A stretch of DNA of 64,000 nt from Candidatus Krumholzibacteriota bacterium. Its GTDB lineage: Bacteria; Krumholzibacteriota; Krumholzibacteriia; JAJRXK01. Under the pieces are notes generated by a model. It ran no database searches. It saw only the letters and a list, made by a program, of their open reading frames with translations, and had not been told where the DNA came from. The position numbers and the translations under genes were made by a program. How positions within the stretch are numbered: the first letter of the stretch is position 1; each line of letters opens with the position of its first letter. Below, piece by piece: positions 1-8,734 of this stretch. The DNA lies in the NCBI GenBank assembly GCA_963764625.1, contig CAVXTH010000007.1, positions 160,001-224,000 of the forward strand. The letters are read 5' to 3'.

Positions 1-2700
1 GAGACCCGCATCGGCGGTAGTGCGGTGGCGCTTGAAGACGAAGCCCAGGCTGGCCGCCAGGTCGGCATCCTCGCGCGTATCGTTGTCCCAGCTCCACATC
101 CAGGTGGCGGGAGTCGGATCGTAGGTGATCATGAGCTCGGCGCCGGTGGTCTCGCGATTGCCGCGCACCGCGAACGGATCGTCCAGAACGTTGCGAGGAT
201 GCCCGGGGGTGCCCGTCAGGTCGCTCGAATTGGGCATCGGACCCACGATGGGTTTCTGCCACAGGAAGTTGGGTCCGATCTGCCAGTTGCCGAAGCTGGC
301 CGCAACGCCTGAGAGAGCATTGACCTGATTGCCCGAACCGCTGTCCCTCAGCTCCCAGCCGGTGAAAGTGGGAATGGCCGTGGGACCGGCCTCGGCCACC
401 AGGCCCATGTACGCACCCTGTCCGTACCAGTGCCAGCGTCCGTGCTCCCAGGTCAGCTTGCCCTTGAAGCCGAGAGTGTCGTCGCTCTTGATCTTATCCT
501 GCCGCACGTCCTGTGGAGCAATGGGGCCGCCTGCGTCCACCAGACTTTCTTCCACCAGCTGGAAAGTCTCTCCCACGCGCGGATCGCCGGACCAGAGGAA
601 CCCTCCTTCGAAACCGAAGGGTCCGAGTCCGGTCTGCATCTGCAACGAGGCCTTGCGCGTCGATCGAATCGGAATCGCGATGGAGCTCGTGGCCTGCGAA
701 CGCTGGGCGAAGTCGTCCTGATAGAGCCCCGTCCACTGAATGCCGCCCACGGAGCGTTCGTACTTCAAGAAAATGGCCGGGTTGGCTCCCCACCACAGCT
801 GGGGACCCATGGCGAGCTTGAAGCCATTGAAGAACTTCTTGCCCGCCATTTCGAACCCGATCGGAGCTTCCCCGTTGTAGATGTCGAGGTTCTCACCGTA
901 AAACGCGTCGCGGTAGAGGCCGAAGAAGTCTCCCTCGTATTGCCAGTGCAAATGCCCGGTGCGATAAAAGCTGTCGAGCATGAACCAACGGTCATCCCAC
1001 GAGAGATCAGCCTGATACACTTTCACTCGCTCCAGCGACTGGATCTCCACCGGGTTGCCCTGTTCGTCGAGAACTGTCTTGGGACGGCCGCGATTCTCGT
1101 AAAAGATCTCGTCGATCGGGTTCTGGGGTACGTTGCCCAGCACGCTGACGGAGAGCCGGCCCTGAACCGCATCGTTGGGCTGGGCCTGGATGTCCGCGAA
1201 GAACGATTCCCCGTGGTCGAAGCCCAAGAACGACGGATAGGAATCCTGCGGAGACTCGTTGTCGGGGGTGGAGATGTTCTTTCCCCCGGTGCTGTAGGTC
1301 TCCCACTCCAACCGAAGACCCGACACCCGCACTTTGCTCGAAAGATCGCTCTTCAAGCTGGCCGCGTCCCCGCGCGCCTGCAGCACCGCGGCCATGGGCT
1401 GGATCGCATGGAAGTGATCCCGGATGCTCTGAAGATCGGTTCCCGCCGCGTAGGGATCGAGCTTGAACGCATCGCGAAGCGCGTAGTAGGCCGCGCGCGG
1501 GTAGACCTCGTAATAGCCGTTGGGGTCGGGAAAGCCCTTGGCGGTAATTCCCCACCACTCCTCGTTCATGTTGTTGTCGCCCTCGTGGTAATCGAGAGGG
1601 TAACCCGCGTTCGGCCACGAGGCGTTGGTGTCGTGAATGTCGAGGCGGCTGTCCTGCCCAAACTTCCACCAGCCATCGCTCCACTGGAAGATCAGGCCAC
1701 CGATCGCGTTCCCCACGCGTCCCTTGGCGGCCGACTGTTCGTAGATCTCCTCCCACTGGCCGAGCAGGTAATACGCCTGAGCGGCCTGATCCTCTTTCAT
1801 GGTGATGGCATTGAAGGCATCGGAGCCGAACTCGGTGAAGAGAGCCGGGATGCCCAGTTTGTCGTGAACGACCTGGAAGAAGTCGCGGGCCGAGACCCCG
1901 CGGTAGACGTTGGAGCCAAAGATATCGAGCCGCGGGCACTCTTGGGCGACGATGTCGATGTATTGCACGTCTCCGTTGGCGATGGCCACCGGGCGGCTGG
2001 GATCACGCTGCTTGATGTCTTCGATGATCTCGCCGAAGAGGGAGTAGAGGAAGCGCGCGCGCGCCGCGTTCTGTTCGCCCTTGGGCAGAGCTTCGATCTC
2101 GAAGGACGACCAGGAGAGTCCGTAGTTGTTCTCGTTACCCAGAAGCCACATGAGAACCCCGGGAGTTCCCTTGTAGCGGTCCACCACGCTCGCCATTTCG
2201 GCCTTCAGGTAAGCGCGCACCTTGGGATCGCTGTAATTGGTCGATGGCTGCCACACACCGTCGATCGTCACCCCGTAGCGCCCGATGGTGTCGTTGATGA
2301 TGGTGAAGATTCCAAAGTTCTCGTAGATGTACTCGATCCAGCGGGGAGGGATGCCGGGAGCCTGGCGAATCGTATTCACGCCCATGGTGGACAACAGTGG
2401 CATCTCCCGGAAGAGCACTGCTTTGATGAAGTCATCCGGCTTGTTCCAGAAGTCGTAGCTGTAGTTGTATCCGATGGGCAAGTAGCCCCAGTTCATGCCG
2501 AAGACCATGAAATCGCGGCCATCCACTTGAAGCCGGGAGCCGCTCGAGTCGTTCACGGTCTCGATTTCCGGCAAGGCGGCGCCGGCGGTTTCAGCCTGTG
2601 CTTCGACCGGCACCAAGCCCGCCGCCGCAAGCAGGAGAAAGCCAAGGCCCACGACGAACAGGCGGCATTGGTTGGGTCGGCTACTTGGAATCGAATACAC
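1..2700 (-). CDS. Secreted clan GH-A glycoside hydrolase (GH2-TIM/GH158-like) fused to a long C-terminal probable outer-membrane beta-barrel; 3' end runs off the window
   Basis: Translated by hand; absent from the ORF track because it has no stop in the window. GTG at 2700 with GAAGGGGA RBS. Signal peptide (LFVVGLGFLLLAAAGLVPVEAQA), GMNWGYLPIG, MGVNTIRQ, acid/base WLLGNENNYG, nucleophile FTEFGSDAF, FQWSDGWWK. The C-terminal half has alternating aromatic strands. Confidence 0.8.
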   Translation of the reverse strand, partial: MYSIPSSRPNQCRLFVVGLGFLLLAAAGLVPVEAQAETAGAALPEIETVNDSSGSRLQVDGRDFMVFGMNWGYLPIGYNYSYDFWNKPDDFIKAVLFREMPLLSTMGVNTIRQAPGIPPRWIEYIYENFGIFTIINDTIGRYGVTIDGVWQPSTNYSDPKVRAYLKAEMASVVDRYKGTPGVLMWLLGNENNYGLSWSSFEIEALPKGEQNAARARFLYSLFGEIIEDIKQRDPSRPVAIANGDVQYIDIVAQECPRLDIFGSNVYRGVSARDFFQVVHDKLGIPALFTEFGSDAFNAITMKEDQAAQAYYLLGQWEEIYEQSAAKGRVGNAIGGLIFQWSDGWWKFGQDSRLDIHDTNASWPNAGYPLDYHEGDNNMNEEWWGITAKGFPDPNGYYEVYPRAAYYALRDAFKLDPYAAGTDLQSIRDHFHAIQPMAAVLQARGDAASLKSDLSSKVRVSGLRLEWETYSTGGKNISTPDNESPQDSYPSFLGFDHGESFFADIQAQPNDAVQGRLSVSVLGNVPQNPIDEIFYENRGRPKTVLDEQGNPVEIQSLERVKVYQADLSWDDRWFMLDSFYRTGHLHWQYEGDFFGLYRDAFYGENLDIYNGEAPIGFEMAGKKFFNGFKLAMGPQLWWGANPAIFLKYERSVGGIQWTGLYQDDFAQRSQATSSIAIPIRSTRKASLQMQTGLGPFGFEGGFLWSGDPRVGETFQLVEESLVDAGGPIAPQDVRQDKIKSDDTLGFKGKLTWEHGRWHWYGQGAYMGLVAEAGPTAIPTFTGWELRDSGSGNQVNALSGVAASFGNWQIGPNFLWQKPIVGPMPNSSDLTGTPGHPRNVLDDPFAVRGNRETTGAELMITYDPTPATWMWSWDNDTREDADLAASLGFVFKRHRTTADAGL

Positions 2701-4111
2701 GGGAGTCCCCTTCACTCTGAGTGGTAGTGGAGGCATCGGCGATCGCCGCGGGAACCTCGACCACGGTATTGGCCGATACCGCTTCGCGATAGTAGTAGGC
2801 GCTGTCCTTGGGGAGACGTTGCTGCGTGGTGAAATCGACTGAGAAGAGGCCGAACTTCTTCTTGTAACCGAATCCCCATTCGAAATTGTCCAGGAGCGAC
2901 CAGGCGAAATACCCCTTCAGGGGTACGCCGTCCTCGATGGCGCGATGGGCCGCCTTCAGGTGCTCGCGCAAATAATGAACTCGTTTCGCATCGGCGATGC
3001 GATCCAGAGGATCGATAGGGTAGTCGTACGCGGCCCCGTTTTCGGTGACGTAGATCTTGGGTGGTCCATACTCCCGGGAAACGCGCGTCAGACTCTCGTG
3101 GAGACCGCGCGGATAGACTTCCCACCCCATGTCGGTGAGTTCCTCCGAGGGTGCCACCTTCACGGCCACCGGACGTCCATCCTTTTGCGCCTTCATGACC
3201 ACCCGGCTGTAGTAGTTGAGACCCAGGAAATCCAGGGGCGCGGAGATGGCCTCCATGTCGCCCTCGCGAACGAAGGGCAGCTCAGGGCCTTTCAGATGGC
3301 CCGCGCGAACCCGATCGGTCACCGCGTCGGCGGGATAGGAACCCCGGAACAGAGGATCCAGATACCAACGGTGGAAGAAGCCGTCGAACCACCGCGCGGC
3401 GTCGCGATCGCCCGGATCGTCGCTGGCGGGGTGGGCGGGACAGTGGTTCAGCACGATCCCCAGCTCGGCTCGCGGCGTCTCGTCGCGAATCGCCCGGGTC
3501 GCCCAGCCGTGGGAGAGCAGCAGGTGATGCGCCACGCGTAGGGCCTCGGTGGGGTCCACATGGCCCGGGGCGTGATGGCCCTCTTCGTGACCGAGCGTGG
3601 CGATGCACCACGGCTCGTTGTGGGTCACCCAATGTTGTACCCGGTCTCCCAGCCGCCTCGTCACCGCGTCGGCGTACTCCACGAAAGCTTTCGCCGTGTC
3701 GCGCGCACCCCATCCGCCCTGTTCCTGCAGGACCTGAGGGAGGTCCCAGTGGTAGAGCGTGGGGAAGGGCTGGATCTTGGCCTCGAGCAGGGCGTCGACC
3801 AGAGCGTCGTAGAAGTCGAGGCCCGCCCGGTTCCGCGCGCCCCATCCCTTCGGCAGAATTCGCGGCCAGGAGATGGAGAAGCGGTAGGCGTCCAGGCCCA
3901 GCCACTTCATCAGGGCCAGGTCCTCGCGCCAGCGGTGGTAGTGATCGCAGGCCACGTCGGGGGTGGAGCCGTCCTCGATCTTCCCCGCCAGACCGGCGAA
4001 GTGGTCCCAGATGGAGTCGCTTCGCCCGCCTTCGCTTCGCCCACCCTCGATCTGCTGGGCGGACGTGGCGACCCCCCAGAGAAAGCCCTTGGGAAACTCG
4101 AAGCTGGCCAT
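2681..4111 (-). CDS. GH1 beta-glucosidase (cytoplasmic)
   Basis: FPKGFLWGVATSAQQIEG, DHYHRWREDL, YRFSISWPRI, TLYHWDLP, THNEP acid/base, YVTENG nucleophile, WSLLDNFEW. Start reassigned to ATG at 4111. Confidence 0.95.
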   Translation of the reverse strand: MASFEFPKGFLWGVATSAQQIEGGRSEGGRSDSIWDHFAGLAGKIEDGSTPDVACDHYHRWREDLALMKWLGLDAYRFSISWPRILPKGWGARNRAGLDFYDALVDALLEAKIQPFPTLYHWDLPQVLQEQGGWGARDTAKAFVEYADAVTRRLGDRVQHWVTHNEPWCIATLGHEEGHHAPGHVDPTEALRVAHHLLLSHGWATRAIRDETPRAELGIVLNHCPAHPASDDPGDRDAARWFDGFFHRWYLDPLFRGSYPADAVTDRVRAGHLKGPELPFVREGDMEAISAPLDFLGLNYYSRVVMKAQKDGRPVAVKVAPSEELTDMGWEVYPRGLHESLTRVSREYGPPKIYVTENGAAYDYPIDPLDRIADAKRVHYLREHLKAAHRAIEDGVPLKGYFAWSLLDNFEWGFGYKKKFGLFSVDFTTQQRLPKDSAYYYREAVSANTVVEVPAAIADASTTTQSEGDSRVFDSK

Positions 4112-4137
4112 GCGTGCTCCGATTCTCAAAAAAGAAT

Positions 4138-4160
4138 CTTTGTTCGGACTCCGAACATAG
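4138..4160. promoter_or_regulatory. Palindromic operator CTTTGTTCG-N5-CGAACATAG (site 1), overlapping the putative -10 of the GH1 promoter
   Basis: Perfect core TGTTCGGA-C-TCCGAACA. On the minus strand it reads TTGACA-N17-CACTAT-GTTCG. The same motif occurs at 11258 and 11357. Confidence 0.7.
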
Positions 4161-4228
4161 TGTATGATACCACGGGCGCTGTCAAGCCCCCTCTTCCTCA
4201 GAGTTTCTTCGAAAGAGAGGTCACTACA

Positions 4229-5206
4229 ATGCGAAATCTGGTCATCGCCGTCCTGACGGTCGCGGCACTTTTCTGTCCGCTCGTGGCCACGGCACAACCC
4301 CTGGCTTCCTATACCCAGGACTTCGAAGGCCTGGTGCAGACAGACGTGAACGCTCTGGCCAACGACGGCTGGCTCGTCTACGGCAACGTCTTCGACACGG
4401 ACGGTACCAGCTACCTGTACGGCTACGGTGCCTTTCCCGCCCCCAACACCGGCGCCGCATTCTGTCAGATCGTCATCGGCGAGGGTGGTCTAGAGCAGGG
4501 AGCGCAGCAGCTCGTCGTCTTCAGCGACTACGAGAACACCGATCACGCACTCGGCCACTATATCGAGTCCAACGTCTACCACGAGGAGAAAGTCGGTGCC
4601 GAGAACGTCGGTGAATCCTGGGTCTTCGAATTCGATTCGAAGCGCGGCAATCTGACGGGAAGCTCCACCGCCTTGGCCTTCATCAAGACCCTCGATCCCA
4701 GCAACGGCTACGCCCTGACCAACTTCATCACGGTGGACATGACGACGAGTCCCACCACCTGGAATCACTACTCGCTGTCCATCTCGATCGATGCGTCGCT
4801 GGAGGGTCAGTTGCTGCAGTTCGGCTACTCGAACACCGCCACGCTGTACGAAAGTGCGGGGATCTTCTACGACAACATCACCTTCCACCCGGATAATGCG
4901 ACGGGTAGCACGCCGGCTCGTTCCATGGTCGATGCCACCTTGCGGCAAAACTACCCGAATCCCTTCAATCCCAGCACCCGCATCGAATTCAGCCTGAATC
5001 AGGCGCAAAGCGTTGATTTGGCGGTCTTCGATCTGGCGGGTCGCCGTGTGGCCACGCTGGTGCGCGGCGCGCTCGAGAGCGGAGAGCATGCGGTGAACTG
5101 GAACGGTAGGAGCGACAACGGAGCTGCGGTGGCTTCGGGACGATACAACTACGTGCTGAGGACGCAGCACGGACAGCTGTCGGGAAGCATGACCTTGCTG
5201 AAGTAG
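4229..5206 (+). CDS. Secreted protein: ~200-aa beta-sandwich-like domain plus FlgD/T9SS-type C-terminal domain
   Basis: GAGAGG RBS, signal peptide MRNLVIAVLTVAALFCPLVATA, C-terminal NYPNPFNP...VFDLAGRRVATL...WNG...VASGRY...MTLLK. The core is paralogous to 10409..11143. Confidence 0.85.
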   Translation: MRNLVIAVLTVAALFCPLVATAQPLASYTQDFEGLVQTDVNALANDGWLVYGNVFDTDGTSYLYGYGAFPAPNTGAAFCQIVIGEGGLEQGAQQLVVFSDYENTDHALGHYIESNVYHEEKVGAENVGESWVFEFDSKRGNLTGSSTALAFIKTLDPSNGYALTNFITVDMTTSPTTWNHYSLSISIDASLEGQLLQFGYSNTATLYESAGIFYDNITFHPDNATGSTPARSMVDATLRQNYPNPFNPSTRIEFSLNQAQSVDLAVFDLAGRRVATLVRGALESGEHAVNWNGRSDNGAAVASGRYNYVLRTQHGQLSGSMTLLK

Positions 5207-5233
5207 AGCCTTTTTCTCGACGAGCGGTACAAC

Positions 5234-8200
5234 ATGAAGACCAAGTCCAGTCTCAACCCGGTCTCTCCATCGACCGAGGAGTTGCCCGGGATTCCCGTCG
5301 GTGAGTTCGTCTGTCTGGAGGGGGAGAAGTACTACCGGATCTCCGCGTACGATCGTCTGGATCCCTTCCTGATGAGCGTGCCGAGCGATACGGATCTGTG
5401 GATGTTCGTGACTTCTGGTGGAGGTCTCACGGCCGGTCGGGTCGACGCGGACGGGAGTCTCTTTCCCTACCGTACCGTCGACCAGCTCCACGATGCGCAC
5501 CACCATACCGGGCCGCTGAGTTCGATCCAGCTGGAAAAGGCGAGCGGCGAGTGCGTGCGCTGGGATCCCTTCGCCGAAGATGGCGCCGAGAATCCCCGGA
5601 TCGAGTGGAATCTCTACAAGAACACCATCGGGAACCGCTTGGTGTTCGAGGAGATCAACCACGAGCTCGCTCTCGCGTTTCGGTACCGGTGGTCGGCGTG
5701 TGACGAATTCGGCTGGGTACGCAGCGCGACTCTGGAAAACCGCTCGCCTCTGGTGGCGCGGGTGACGCTTCTGGACGGGCTGAGGAACATCCTGCCCTAT
5801 GGAGCGCCTCTCTCGCTCTACCAGCAGTCGAGCAACCTGGTCGACGCCTACAAGAAGTCCGAAGTGGATCCGGAGACGGGGCTCGGCATCTATTCCCTTA
5901 CCGCGCAGATCACCGATCGGGCGGAGGCGCTCGAGATGCTCAAAGCCAATACGGTGTGGTGCTGTGGTCTGGAAAGATTCAAGGTCCATCTCTCTCTCGA
6001 CGCGGTGAAGTGCTTTCACGCGCGAAAACTACTGACCGAAGATAGGGTGACGAACGGAATTCGCGGCAACTACCTGGTGAGTTGCGCAGTGGAATTGCAG
6101 CCGAAGGAGAGTGCCCGCTGGCACATCGTGGGCGACACCGGTCGCGATCAGATACAGATTGCCGCTCTGCGGAAGAGATTGCTCGAGGAAGACGATCTGA
6201 GTGGGCTGATCGAGGAGAAGCTCCAGCTGGCGGGAGAGAATTTGCGCCGAAACGTGGCCAGCGCGGATGGGTTGCAGTTTTCGGAGTTGGAAGAGACCTG
6301 GGTTCACCACTTCACGAACGTGCTGTTCAACAACATGCGCGGCGGGGTGTTCCTGTACAACTACACCCTTCCCATGCCGGACTTCCGGGATTTCCTCCGC
6401 GTCCACGATCCCGCTGTACTTCGGCGAAGGCGGGCCGAGTTGGATCGGCTCCCGGAGATCTGCGAGCTGGACCAGGTTCATGCCGCGGCTCAGCGGTCGG
6501 CAGATCCCGACCTTCAACGGTTGAGCTACGAGTATCTTCCCCTCTACTTCGGACGGCGGCACGGCGATCCCAGCCGCCCCTGGAACGGCTTCTCCATCCG
6601 CACCCGAAACGAGGCAGGCGAGGAGAGGCTGAATTTCGAGGGGAATTGGCGCGACATCTTCCAGAACTGGGAAGCTCTCGGCACCGCCTTTCCCGGCTTC
6701 CTTTCCAGCATGGTAGCCAAGTTCGTCAACGCCTCGACGGTGGACGGGTTCAACCCGTACCGCATCACTCGCGACGGGGTGGACTGGGAGACCGTCGTCC
6801 CGAATGACCCGTGGAGCAACATCGGGTACTGGGGCGATCATCAGATCATCTACCTGTTGAAGCTTCTCGAGTCTTTGGATCGCCACGAGCCGGCGGCGCT
6901 CCACGAGCTGCTCGAACGGGAGATCTTCAGCTACGCCGAAGTTCCCTATCGCATCAAGCCGTACGAGGAGATTCTGAGGAACCCCCGTTCGACCATCGAT
7001 TTCGATCATGCGCGCGCGCGCGACATCGAGGAGAGGGTCCAGCGCGCGGGTACCGACGGAAAGCTCCTTCACGATTCGGACGGATCGGTCTACCACGCGA
7101 ATCTGTTCGAGAAGTTGCTGGTGCCGGCTCTCTCGAAGCTATCGAACCTGGTCCTCGATGCCGGCATCTGGATGAACACCCAGAGACCCGAGTGGAACGA
7201 CGCGAACAACGCGCTCGGTGGGGGCGGAGTCTCCGTGGTGACTCTGTGTCACCTGCGCCGCTACCTGGCCTTTCTCACCGGGCGGTTCGAAGCGAGCACG
7301 GCAAAAGAGTATCCCGTGTCGAGGGAAGTCGCCGATTGGTTGAACTCGATCGAGAGCATCCTGGGCCAGGAGCGGGATTTGCTCACACGCGAACATCCCG
7401 GGGGACGGGATCGAAAGCGGATGATGGATGCCCTCGGGGAGGCGTTCTCGGTCTATCGGCAGGGGGTGTATGCCCACGGATTCTCGGGCAAGACTCCGGT
7501 TGCGGTACGGCGGGTCGTGGAACTTTGTACGACCGCGCTGGAGTTCATCGACCACGGCATTGGCGCCAACCGCCGCCAGGACGGGCTCTTCCACACCTAC
7601 AACCTGCTGGACTTCGCGCCGGATGAGAGCAGCGCCGAAGTGAAGCGTCTGCCGGTCATGCTCGAGGGGCAGGTCGCCATCCTGAGTTCTGGATTCCTCC
7701 GGCCGCAGGAAGCGCTCGAAGTCCTGGAGCGGCTCTTCGCCAGCGCCCTCTACCAGCCAAGCCAGCGCAGCTTTTTTCTCTACCCCGAGAGGGAAGTGCC
7801 GGGCTTCATGGCGAAGAACGTGGTTCCGAGAGAGAGTGTGGAGGAGATCCCTCTCTTGAGGGAACTACTTGCGCAAAAGGACCACTCGGTGCTGGGGGAG
7901 GACGCCGAAGGCGTGCTTCGCTTCTGTGGCGAGTTCAAGAACGCACTGGATGTGAGCGTGGCCCTGGACGAGTTGAAGGAGCGAGAGGAATGGGCGGGTG
8001 CGGTGCAGCGGGACCGTCCCGCCACGCTCGAACTCTTCGAAGGGGTCTTCCACCACGAGTCCTACACCGGTCGCTCCGGAGTGATGTTCGGCTACGAGGG
8101 CCTGGGGTGCATCTACTGGCACATGATCGCTAAACTGCTCCTGGCGGTGCAGGAGACGATCTTTCGCGCCTTTGACGACGACGCGCCGCCGGCGGTGCGC

Positions 8201-8734
8201 GAGGCTCTCACCGCCATGTACTTCAGGGTCCGTGCCGGGCTCGGATACGAGAAATCCGTAGCCGAATTCGGCGCGTTTCCTACCGATCCCTACTCGCACA
8301 CCCCGGCGGCGGGAGGCGCGAAGCAGCCGGGCATGACCGGTCAGGTGAAGGAGGAAATCCTCACCCGGCAGGGCGAACTCGGGATCAGGGTCGAACACGG
8401 GCGCGTTCGCGTTCGGCCCCTTCTCCTGCGCAGTGAGGAGTTCCTGGCCCAGCCCAAGGTCTTCCACTATTTCGACGTCTCGGGAACAGCGCGTTCGATC
8501 ACCTTGTGTACCGACAGTTTGGCCTTCACCTTTTGTCAGGTGCCGGTGATCCTGCAGCGCACCGCGGAGAAGACGCGAATCGAGGTATGCTTCGAGAACG
8601 GAACGTCCTCTTTGGCGCAAGGCGATACGCTCTCGGCCGAGCTGAGCGCGGAGCTCTTTTCGCGCAGTGGACGCATCGAGAAGATCTCGGTCAAGATTCC
8701 GGACCACGAACTTAGCCCACACGAGCGGAGATGA
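5234..8734 (+). CDS. GH149-type beta-1,3-glucan phosphorylase
   Basis: 1166 aa, no signal peptide. Motifs PFLMSVPSDTDLWMF, YLPLYFGRRHGDPSRPWN, EGNWRDIFQNWEAL, DGFNPYRIT, IGYWGDHQIIYL, YEGLGCIYWHM, AFPTDPYSHTP, QPGMTGQVKEE, recognised from memory as GH149. Confidence 0.85.
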   Translation: MKTKSSLNPVSPSTEELPGIPVGEFVCLEGEKYYRISAYDRLDPFLMSVPSDTDLWMFVTSGGGLTAGRVDADGSLFPYRTVDQLHDAHHHTGPLSSIQLEKASGECVRWDPFAEDGAENPRIEWNLYKNTIGNRLVFEEINHELALAFRYRWSACDEFGWVRSATLENRSPLVARVTLLDGLRNILPYGAPLSLYQQSSNLVDAYKKSEVDPETGLGIYSLTAQITDRAEALEMLKANTVWCCGLERFKVHLSLDAVKCFHARKLLTEDRVTNGIRGNYLVSCAVELQPKESARWHIVGDTGRDQIQIAALRKRLLEEDDLSGLIEEKLQLAGENLRRNVASADGLQFSELEETWVHHFTNVLFNNMRGGVFLYNYTLPMPDFRDFLRVHDPAVLRRRRAELDRLPEICELDQVHAAAQRSADPDLQRLSYEYLPLYFGRRHGDPSRPWNGFSIRTRNEAGEERLNFEGNWRDIFQNWEALGTAFPGFLSSMVAKFVNASTVDGFNPYRITRDGVDWETVVPNDPWSNIGYWGDHQIIYLLKLLESLDRHEPAALHELLEREIFSYAEVPYRIKPYEEILRNPRSTIDFDHARARDIEERVQRAGTDGKLLHDSDGSVYHANLFEKLLVPALSKLSNLVLDAGIWMNTQRPEWNDANNALGGGGVSVVTLCHLRRYLAFLTGRFEASTAKEYPVSREVADWLNSIESILGQERDLLTREHPGGRDRKRMMDALGEAFSVYRQGVYAHGFSGKTPVAVRRVVELCTTALEFIDHGIGANRRQDGLFHTYNLLDFAPDESSAEVKRLPVMLEGQVAILSSGFLRPQEALEVLERLFASALYQPSQRSFFLYPEREVPGFMAKNVVPRESVEEIPLLRELLAQKDHSVLGEDAEGVLRFCGEFKNALDVSVALDELKEREEWAGAVQRDRPATLELFEGVFHHESYTGRSGVMFGYEGLGCIYWHMIAKLLLAVQETIFRAFDDDAPPAVREALTAMYFRVRAGLGYEKSVAEFGAFPTDPYSHTPAAGGAKQPGMTGQVKEEILTRQGELGIRVEHGRVRVRPLLLRSEEFLAQPKVFHYFDVSGTARSITLCTDSLAFTFCQVPVILQRTAEKTRIEVCFENGTSSLAQGDTLSAELSAELFSRSGRIEKISVKIPDHELSPHERR

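Noticed and set aside
430-2727. 765-aa plus-strand ORF
   Set aside because: Codon-for-codon antisense shadow of the minus-strand GH-A gene; no recognisable motifs.
3560-4228. N-terminal extension of the 548-aa ORF (and of GH1 up to 4297)
   Set aside because: Overlaps the opposite gene; RBS and signal peptide place the true starts at 4229 and 4111.
4490-6019. Long antisense ORFs (also 6029..7096, 8536..9804, 12688..14184, 49085..50755, 55607..57544, 57171..58586)
   Set aside because: Expected shadows of real genes in high-GC DNA.
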